Assembly: GCA_965230975.1 (NCBI GenBank)
Contig: OZ246402.1
Coordinates: 1,120,859 to 1,184,858 of the forward strand
Reading direction: 5' to 3'
From: an uncultured Candidatus Saccharibacteria bacterium
GTDB lineage: Bacteria > Patescibacteriota > Dojkabacteria > J137
DNA length: 64,000 bases
This document shows, in pieces, positions 49,779 through 57,267 of this stretch. Positions within the stretch are counted from its first letter, which is position 1, and each line of letters begins with the position of its first letter. Position numbers and translations under genes: made by a program. The notes under the pieces are model-generated. The model had not been told where the DNA came from. It worked only from the letters and a program-made list of their open reading frames with translations, and searched no databases.

Positions 49779-50588
49779 ATGAATACTCCAAAGGTCAGTG
49801 TAGTAATACCAACTTATAACCGTGCTAATGTAATAACCCGATCTATATTGAGTGCTGCAAATCAAGAAACAATTGATGATATTGAAATAGTTGTAGTAGA
49901 TGATGGTAGTACAGACAATACCAAAGAGGTAATAGAAAAACTAAATTTACCAAATGTAAGGTATTTAAAAAAGGAAAATGGGGGAGTTTCTTCTGCAAGA
50001 AATGTAGGTATACGAGAGTCGAAAGGTGAATTTATTGCACTATTAGATTCAGATGATATGCTTAGGTCATGGAGTATACCGTATAGATCAGCCTTTTTGG
50101 ATCAAAACCCACATTATGATGGTATTGCTGGGTCAGCCATTAATATCAATAGTGAATTTCAAGTACATAAAAAGATGTATAGCGAGATAATGGAAAAGGA
50201 CAGAAAATTAGCCGAGTGGGAATCCTTCAACTCTAAACTTATGTTCAATAACGCTAATTCAAAGACTGAATTTTTTAAACTATGCTACCATTACATGATT
50301 TCCACCCAGGGGAAAATTCCATATACAACATCCACTACCATGATACGGAGGAAAAGTCTTATAGATAATCAAATTTATTATAACGAAAAATTAAAAAATG
50401 CTGAGGATATGGAATTTATATATAAATGCGCGAAGGCATTAAACATTAAGTACGATATCATCCGAGCTTTCGCTTACATTCAATTTCAAGAAAATGGACT
50501 AACGAAAAATCTAAAGAATGGACTTGCTCAAAACCAAAAAGATGAAGTCCTTGCATGGATTCAAAATGATTATAAAACAAATTGCTAA
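49779..50588 (+). CDS. Glycosyltransferase family 2
   Basis: VSVVIPTYNR, VVDDGSTD, NGGVSSARN, LDSDD, ED. Confidence 0.92.
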   Translation: MNTPKVSVVIPTYNRANVITRSILSAANQETIDDIEIVVVDDGSTDNTKEVIEKLNLPNVRYLKKENGGVSSARNVGIRESKGEFIALLDSDDMLRSWSIPYRSAFLDQNPHYDGIAGSAININSEFQVHKKMYSEIMEKDRKLAEWESFNSKLMFNNANSKTEFFKLCYHYMISTQGKIPYTTSTTMIRRKSLIDNQIYYNEKLKNAEDMEFIYKCAKALNIKYDIIRAFAYIQFQENGLTKNLKNGLAQNQKDEVLAWIQNDYKTNC

Positions 50589-51439
50589 ATTGATTTGACC
50601 TTCTCGAGATATCTATGATTTCTAAAGTGGAGAATTATTGCATCCAGCAATGATAGTTGATAGTCATTTAAAAAGTCTTGTAATTGAACCTTCATATTTT
50701 CAAAATCACGTACTTTTTGTCCGGATATAATACTTTCACCAAACAAACCACCTTGTTCTGGGTGACCAGCTCTACTTCTATAAATCGCAACATAATGTTC
50801 AATTTTCTTTAAAACATAGCCATTGGCAGCTAAAGATAGCCACATTCCAGTATCTTGAGAACTTCTTATTGTATTTATCCATCTAGTTCTAACCGCAGCT
50901 TCTCTTCTAATCATTACTGACTGTGCACTAATTGGAAACTTTGAGGCTAAAACACCTTCAATTACTTCATCTCTAGTATAATTACGATACTCATTTTCAT
51001 TTAGCACATTTTCTTTTCCTGATCTAAAATAGCCTTCATCATTCATTACAAGAACATCGCCACTTACCCAATCAGCACTTGCATCACTAATTAACTCTAA
51101 ATATCGAAAGTAAGCTCCTTTTCTAGTCATTAAATCATCAGCATCAAAGGGTATAATAAAGTTACCTTTTGAAAGATCCAAAGCAGTGTTAAAAGTAACT
51201 GCTGGACCTACATTTTCTTGATTTGAAATAATGTCAACCCTAGTTATATTTGGATTTTTCCATTCAAAATCCTTTACTAATTCAAGAGAATTATCGGTTG
51301 ACTTATCATCAACTATTATAACCTCGATACTAAATTTACCATAAGTAATTTGCCTATCTATTGATGTTAGAGTGTCTACTATATATTTTTCCTTGTTATA
51401 AAGTGGGATTAATATCGAAACTAAATCTGACTGGTTCAT
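50585..51439 (-). CDS. Glycosyltransferase family 2
   Basis: VSILIPLYN, VDDKSTD, FDADD, QD. Confidence 0.92.
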   Translation of the reverse strand: MNQSDLVSILIPLYNKEKYIVDTLTSIDRQITYGKFSIEVIIVDDKSTDNSLELVKDFEWKNPNITRVDIISNQENVGPAVTFNTALDLSKGNFIIPFDADDLMTRKGAYFRYLELISDASADWVSGDVLVMNDEGYFRSGKENVLNENEYRNYTRDEVIEGVLASKFPISAQSVMIRREAAVRTRWINTIRSSQDTGMWLSLAANGYVLKKIEHYVAIYRSRAGHPEQGGLFGESIISGQKVRDFENMKVQLQDFLNDYQLSLLDAIILHFRNHRYLEKVKSI

Positions 51440-52287
51440 TTTGTTCTTATTAAGAAATTTAATACATCTTCTGCCAAATTATTCCCGTAAGCTTCATTTA
51501 CTTTACTGAAATATGGGAATCTATTAATTTCATAAATATACAATTTATTGTCTATTATTTGAAAATCGAAAGCGCAAAAATCTATACTTAAAGCTGTAGC
51601 GATATTTTTTAACTGCTCAACAAATAGGCCATCTAAGTCAAATATCTCAATAGATTTAGTATTATTCCCTTTAAAACTTCCTTCTTTAATAAATCTCTTC
51701 ACGCACCTTATTATTTTATTGTCTAAGTAAATTGCCCGATAATCTACGGACTCTACCTTACTTGGAATAAAATCTTGTACCAAAACATCTTCTTTAACCT
51801 CACTCAACAATTGCTTTGATGCATCAATAGTATCTATTTTGTAAACTCCAGTACCTGCGCAACCTGTAACTTTCTTAATAATAGCTGGATAATTATTTAT
51901 AGAATATTCTCTATTATAATTAAATTGCGTTTGTGGAATAAAGTCACCAATATTTCCTATTAAAATACTTTGAATAAATTTATTAGAAAAAGTTGGGTAT
52001 TTTAATATAGCAGAACCATTTAATATCCTATGTGACTTATTAAGTGATAAAGTAAGTAGATAATAAAGGTGTTCATACTTCTCTGCCAGAAAAACAATAT
52101 ATTTAGCACTTTTAATCAAATCCTCATCTTTACAAAAATTAACTGAATCACCTTTTCCAATAGTAAAAGTTAGCTTTGTTGGATCAAGATCAATAGTTTC
52201 AAAACCTAATTTTTTTGCAGCAGTTGAATAAAACAAATTCCACTGCCAAGCTGGTGCCTCGCCTATAACTAGAATTTTATCACTCAT
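51436..52287 (-). CDS. RimK-like ATP-grasp ligase
   Basis: NK...IPQT, YPAIIKKVTGCAGTGV, VQDFI, DYR, FDF, YEINRFP. Confidence 0.8.
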   Translation of the reverse strand: MSDKILVIGEAPAWQWNLFYSTAAKKLGFETIDLDPTKLTFTIGKGDSVNFCKDEDLIKSAKYIVFLAEKYEHLYYLLTLSLNKSHRILNGSAILKYPTFSNKFIQSILIGNIGDFIPQTQFNYNREYSINNYPAIIKKVTGCAGTGVYKIDTIDASKQLLSEVKEDVLVQDFIPSKVESVDYRAIYLDNKIIRCVKRFIKEGSFKGNNTKSIEIFDLDGLFVEQLKNIATALSIDFCAFDFQIIDNKLYIYEINRFPYFSKVNEAYGNNLAEDVLNFLIRTK

Positions 52288-52415
52288 ATAATAAATTTTA
52301 ATACAGGATTATACCATCAACCAATTCCCTTTTAAAAGCTGATATGCTAATATCTGCTAACAGAATAAGCGCAATTATTAAATCTTAGCTAACTTATTTA
52401 TTATAACCAACTTAT

Positions 52416-53024
52416 ATGATTCAAAAGCCAAGTAATTACGAAAGAACTCTGGTTATGCTAAAACCAGATGCAGTACAAAGAGGATTAATGGGAGAAATAC
52501 TATCCCGATTTGAAAAGAAAGGCCTTAAAATAACAGCAATGAAAATGGTATGGCCAACTAAAGAACAAGCAGAGCAACACTACTGGTGGAGCGATGAAGA
52601 AAAAACAAAAAACGGAAACAGAACAATAGCAATATACAAAGAAAAAGGAATAGAATTAAATAAAACACCAATCGAATTAGCCGAAGACGTACAAAAAAGA
52701 CTAATTAAATTCTTAACAGCAGGACCAGTTGTTGCAATGGTAATAGAATCTGCACACGCAATAGAACATGTAAGAAAAATCACAGGACACGGTAGCCCAC
52801 TACAAGCAGACGTAGGTACCATAAGATCTGAATTCACAATTGACTCTTACATAATGGCAGACGAAGCATTTAGAGCGGCAAGAAACCTAATACACGCATC
52901 TAGCTCTGTAGATGAAGCAGAAAGAGAACTAAAAGTATGGTTTAAAGAAGAAGAAATCTCTGACTACGAAACAGCTATCGAAAGAGTACTATACAGCATG
53001 GAATGGGAAGAACCAAAGAAATAA
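52416..53024 (+). CDS. ndk: Nucleoside diphosphate kinase (long form)
   Basis: ERTLVMLKPDAVQRGL, GPVVAM, GTIR, RNLIHAS. Confidence 0.95.
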   Translation: MIQKPSNYERTLVMLKPDAVQRGLMGEILSRFEKKGLKITAMKMVWPTKEQAEQHYWWSDEEKTKNGNRTIAIYKEKGIELNKTPIELAEDVQKRLIKFLTAGPVVAMVIESAHAIEHVRKITGHGSPLQADVGTIRSEFTIDSYIMADEAFRAARNLIHASSSVDEAERELKVWFKEEEISDYETAIERVLYSMEWEEPKK

Positions 53025-53045
53025 TATTTGCATTAACACTACCCC

Positions 53046-53073
53046 GCCCTGTTAGCAATAACAGGGCTTTTTT
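53046..53073 (+). terminator. Intrinsic terminator of ndk
   Basis: GCCCTGTTA-GCAA-TAACAGGGC plus T6. Confidence 0.88.
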
Positions 53074-53130
53074 ATTAATAAAACTTAAATAAGTGATATA
53101 ATTTCCAAGCACTCAGCACATTAAACACAC

Positions 53131-53203
53131 GTCCTTGTAGCTCAATGGATAGAGCAATCCCGTCCTAAGGGAGAGGTTGCAGGTTCAACTCCTGCCAAGG
53201 ATA
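53131..53203 (+). tRNA. tRNA-Arg(CCT)
   Basis: Cloverleaf, loop GTCCTAA, T arm GCAGG-TTCAACT-CCTGC; TGATATAAT upstream. Confidence 0.92.
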
Positions 53204-53309
53204 TTTGAAAAATATAGGTAGTAAGTTATCAGTCATAAGAAAACAGTCTAAGTTCCAAATATTTGCTACAAAGAGATCTCTTTAAACTTATTAACCACAA
53301 CTAAAGACT

Positions 53310-54464
53310 TTAATAAGGAACATAAGGAGCTGGGTCTACAATAACACCATTAATTCTCAACCCAAAATGCAAGTGAGTACCTGTACAATTACCCGTACAA
53401 CCCATATACATTAAATCTTGACCTTGAGAAACCTGTTGACCAGATCTAACCCAAATATTTCCATCTCCATGATAATAATGACTTTGAACACCGTTACCAT
53501 GGTCTATTCTAACATTGTAACCTTCACCATAAGTACCCCAACCAGCATAAACTACCGTACCCGAAGCAATAGCCCTAATAGGACACCCTCCTCCTTTTGC
53601 TAAGTCAACACCATTATGCCAAGGTAAAAATCCTCGAGACAAAATATAACCACCACAGTCAGGATTAGACAAAGGATTTGCCGTAGAAATACCATTTACA
53701 TTGCCCGAACCACTAACTAAAGATTGTCCATAGTTTGTTGGGTACCTTGCATAAACAGGTTGTGGCAATGGTGGCGGAGGTGGTGGCAACTTACCATCTG
53801 GAATTAATATTTTTGTACCTACAGTCACTTTAAAATCTGGATATTCTAATTCATTTACACCAATTACCGCTTCCCTATCACCAGAAGTTTTTGAAACAAT
53901 ACTTTCCAAAGTATCACCAGCCTTTACCTCGTATAAAACACCCGGAACCTCCGGAATCTGCAAAGTATCTCCTACATTTAACTTTTCTGAATAATAATCT
54001 ATTTGAGAATTTGCCCATTTAATTGTATCTTTTGAAACCTTAAATTTATCTGCTACGCTTTGAAGGCTGTCTCCATTTTGGACTACATATTGATTAACTG
54101 TAAAGTAAACACCCGGAGTTGACGCTAAAACGGTCTGAATACTGCCACCCTGCTGTAACAAATCTATATCACCAGGGTTCAAAGCCGACTGAATAGATAA
54201 TGTTTGAGAAGTAGATTGAACAGCATTTAACCTGGTAGAAATTCCTGTTAGCACAATTAAAACTGAAAATACAAAAAAAGAAACATGAAGAATATTTTTA
54301 TATAAAGAACTTCTACCCCAAAAAGACCTGTAGACAAGTGCCTTTTTACTTCCTTCTAAACCTTTAGTTAAAGACTTAGCTGATACGCCAAAAAAAGCTA
54401 GTATAATTTTAGCCCACAAAATGGGATTTAAAAAAGAAGCAATTTGTTTAATGCGACCAAACAA
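53310..54464 (-). CDS. LysM x2 plus M23 family peptidase
   Basis: YVVQNGDSL and YEVKAGDTL LysM, HNGVD, HLHF; Pro linker; TTG start uncertain. Confidence 0.92.
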   Translation of the reverse strand: MFGRIKQIASFLNPILWAKIILAFFGVSAKSLTKGLEGSKKALVYRSFWGRSSLYKNILHVSFFVFSVLIVLTGISTRLNAVQSTSQTLSIQSALNPGDIDLLQQGGSIQTVLASTPGVYFTVNQYVVQNGDSLQSVADKFKVSKDTIKWANSQIDYYSEKLNVGDTLQIPEVPGVLYEVKAGDTLESIVSKTSGDREAVIGVNELEYPDFKVTVGTKILIPDGKLPPPPPPLPQPVYARYPTNYGQSLVSGSGNVNGISTANPLSNPDCGGYILSRGFLPWHNGVDLAKGGGCPIRAIASGTVVYAGWGTYGEGYNVRIDHGNGVQSHYYHGDGNIWVRSGQQVSQGQDLMYMGCTGNCTGTHLHFGLRINGVIVDPAPYVPY

Positions 54465-54529
54465 TCTTTTAATATCAAAGACTGTAATAACTTAGACCTG
54501 AAAATTATACCACGAAAAGAGTTGCCAAT

Positions 54530-54560
54530 AAAAAGGGCCCCGACATTGTCGGGGCCCTTT
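54530..54560 (-). terminator. Intrinsic terminator of rho
   Basis: AAAGGGCCCCGAC-AAT-GTCGGGGCCCTTTTT on minus strand. Confidence 0.88.
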
Positions 54561-54647
54561 GGTATTTTGTTATTAGAAGAATTTTTAATTTATACAACTT
54601 AATACTCTAGCCTAGCTACATGCACTCAGCTTTAGCATTAAACTCAA

Positions 54648-55937
54648 TTACATTGTTTCGTGTAATGTTGCTAAAAATTCTTCGTTGTTTTTTGTTTTCT
54701 TTAATCTTTCTACCAAAACCTCTGTTGGGCTAGCGTTAGATTCTGTTTTAATCATATCTAACATTCTAATTACCCTCCATGTTTGAGCTAAGATTTCTGG
54801 TTTTAACAGCTTATCTTCATTTCTTGTGTAAGACTGAGTTACGTCTATTGCAGGGAAAATTCTTCTTTCTGTTAATCTTCTATCTAATTTAACTTCCATG
54901 TTACCAGTTCCTTTAAATTCTTCGAAAATAACTTCGTCCATCTTGCTTCCAGTATCTACTAAAGCTGTTGCAATAATTGTTAAACTACCTCCATTTTCCA
55001 TATTTCTAGCTGCTCCAAAGAACTTTTTTGGTGGGAAAATAGCCTTAGGGTCAAAACCTCCGGATAATGTTCTTCCAGATGGTGGTTCTACAATGTTATA
55101 TGCTCTAGCCAATCTTGTAATACTATCCATTAAAATAACTACGTCTTTGCCGTACTCTACAAGTCTTTTTGCCCTCTCAACTGCCATTTCACTAATTTTT
55201 GTGTGATATTCTGGCATTTCATCAAAGTTTGCAGCAATTACCTCGCCTTTTACAAATCTTTGCATATCAGTTACTTCTTCTGGTCTTTCACCTACTAACA
55301 ACACCATCAAATGAATTTCTGGGTGATTTTTTGCAATTCCAGCTGCAATATCTTTCATTAACCATGTTTTACCGGCTTTTGGGGGAGCAACAATCATTCC
55401 TCTTTGACCTTTACCAATTGGGGAAATTAAGTCAATGATTCTTGTAGCAATTGTATGTTGATCTGTTTCTAATTTAATTTGTTCGTCTGGGAAGATTGGC
55501 GTTAAGCTTTGAAAGCTTGGTCTTGTAATAGCCTTTTCAGGACTATAGCCATTAATTGCTTCAATTTTTAATAAGCTTAAGTATCTTTCACCTTCCTTTG
55601 GTGGTCTTGCTTGACCAGATATAAAGTCTCCTTGTCTTAAGTTAAATCTTTTAATTTGAGAACCAGATACATAAACATCGTTTTCACCAGGAAGCATTGT
55701 TGCAGATCTTAATACTCCATGAGTATCTTTAATAATTTCTAAAAAGCCTTCGGCAAATATATTGCCTCCTCTTTTAGTTTGCTCTGCTACAATATTTAAA
55801 ATTAGGTCGTTCTTTTTGAGTTCTGAAGAATCTTTAATGTCTAAATCTGCTGCTACTTTTCTTAACTCTGCTAATGTTTTGCTTTCTAAATCTTTAATAC
55901 TTGTTGATTGCACAATAGTATCTTTTTTCGTTGCCAT
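54648..55937 (-). CDS. rho: Transcription termination factor Rho
   Basis: DVYVS, PIGKGQR, APPKAGKT, DSITRLARA, FEEFKGTGNME. Confidence 0.97.
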   Translation of the reverse strand: MATKKDTIVQSTSIKDLESKTLAELRKVAADLDIKDSSELKKNDLILNIVAEQTKRGGNIFAEGFLEIIKDTHGVLRSATMLPGENDVYVSGSQIKRFNLRQGDFISGQARPPKEGERYLSLLKIEAINGYSPEKAITRPSFQSLTPIFPDEQIKLETDQHTIATRIIDLISPIGKGQRGMIVAPPKAGKTWLMKDIAAGIAKNHPEIHLMVLLVGERPEEVTDMQRFVKGEVIAANFDEMPEYHTKISEMAVERAKRLVEYGKDVVILMDSITRLARAYNIVEPPSGRTLSGGFDPKAIFPPKKFFGAARNMENGGSLTIIATALVDTGSKMDEVIFEEFKGTGNMEVKLDRRLTERRIFPAIDVTQSYTRNEDKLLKPEILAQTWRVIRMLDMIKTESNASPTEVLVERLKKTKNNEEFLATLHETM

Positions 55938-56138
55938 ACTATAAAAATGAAAATATATAAATAAAAAGTTGAATTACTTTGAAGTTTGAATGTTACTAAT
56001 TAGTACATTTAATAAATAAATCATTTTGGTTAATACCTAGATGCTTTTGGTAAGGTAAATTTGTTTTACCAACTGTCTTGATGATTCTCTTATTACTTTA
56101 CAACAAAGCAAGATGAGAAATATATCGAAGTTGCATTA

Positions 56139-56167
56139 ATTATATTCCAAAATTTAAAGTTAGTCTA
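56139..56167 (-). promoter_or_regulatory. Putative sigma70 promoter of rho
   Basis: TAGACT-17 nt-TATAAT, about 200 nt upstream of the ATG. Confidence 0.6.
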
Positions 56168-56199
56168 CAGTTTATATTTTAGGGAATTATTTTGAAAGG

Positions 56200-56292
56200 A
56201 AAATACCCGCTAATCCGAGAGTCCAGTAAGTACCCAGTAACGTAAGTCACCGAGTTGTACGCGAACCAGACTCTGGGATTAATTGGTATTTT
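56200..56292 (-). ncRNA. Candidate structured ncRNA (rod-like hairpin), family unknown
   Basis: Five nested helices with G-U pairs that form only on the minus strand; GC-richer than flanks; perfect promoter directly upstream. Confidence 0.6.
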
Positions 56293-56308
56293 TTAAAGGA
56301 ACACTATT

Positions 56309-56336
56309 ATTATACCCTATAATTATAAAATGTCAA
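56309..56336 (-). promoter_or_regulatory. Consensus sigma70 promoter
   Basis: TTGACA-16 nt-TATAAT. Confidence 0.75.
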
Positions 56337-56443
56337 CACCTATAGTATTGAGCTATCTCTTGTGCACAAGGCTGGCAATGGATAAATTAGACTATTTGAA
56401 AACTACAAATGCTATAATCTGCTCTAAGATTTACAGATGAATT

Positions 56444-57262
56444 ATGAAAACACAGACAATGCTAGAAGAAACAGCCCTAGAGTTGGTCCATGGATACAAT
56501 GTCGATTCCTCAAGCGTAGAACCTACTAGAATAGACCTATTTAATAAGATGGTGCACAAAGGAATATTAATAGGACTCTCTAAAATTAAGATGGAAGATG
56601 GAAAAATTATTATACCCATAAGATATCATCACTTATCAAAAATAAAATCCCTCCTCAAATCAATTATAGATTATAGAATAGACCCCACGGATCTTGAGTC
56701 AATGCAAGATTTAATAAGCACTTATGTAAATAATATTATTGGGAGTACAAATTTCTTAGCAAAGCTCACTGGTGATAGCACATATAAAGACGATTTACTT
56801 GGAACCGACTCGGATTCACCACTGACAGAGGCAGAGAGAATCTTAGCGGTAAGAACAATCAATGAAAAAAGATTATACGTTATCTTAACCTTGATTATTA
56901 GCCATACCGAATTAACTATTTTAAAAGTTGGAGGATTAGTAGATAGTGTTCATTGTGAGAACTTAATTGGAAAATGCCAACATTGCCATATTGTAATGAG
57001 CGCTAAACCATTAAACGACGACCAATCTTCTTACTTAGATACTGCAGACTTTAAAGATACTCTCGATTTAGCTAAGACTTCTCAGTTACAGCTACATTAC
57101 GAACCGCAACTAGTGATAAGATTTGCTAGCAACGACACCTCCACTCCCTATAAAACGATATTTGCAGAAAACTCACCATTGAGTGGAGATGTCGCAAATG
57201 TGCCATATATAAACTTAAGTTCTACACTTTTAATAGAAAGCCTACACTCCCAAGAAAGCTAG
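56444..57262 (+). CDS. Hypothetical protein
   Basis: 272-aa ORF, TGCTATAAT upstream; Cys/His cluster HCENLIGKCQHCH. Confidence 0.7.
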   Translation: MKTQTMLEETALELVHGYNVDSSSVEPTRIDLFNKMVHKGILIGLSKIKMEDGKIIIPIRYHHLSKIKSLLKSIIDYRIDPTDLESMQDLISTYVNNIIGSTNFLAKLTGDSTYKDDLLGTDSDSPLTEAERILAVRTINEKRLYVILTLIISHTELTILKVGGLVDSVHCENLIGKCQHCHIVMSAKPLNDDQSSYLDTADFKDTLDLAKTSQLQLHYEPQLVIRFASNDTSTPYKTIFAENSPLSGDVANVPYINLSSTLLIESLHSQES

Positions 57263-57267
57263 TCCCC

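Noticed and set aside
46745-52287. Graspetide (RiPP) cluster
   Set aside because: No short precursor ORF with repeated core motifs was seen; the ligases resemble RimK and glutamate-ligase types.
56200-56292. SRP RNA, tRNA or simple terminator
   Set aside because: No GGAA helix-8 motif or cloverleaf; too long for a terminator and no gene ends there.
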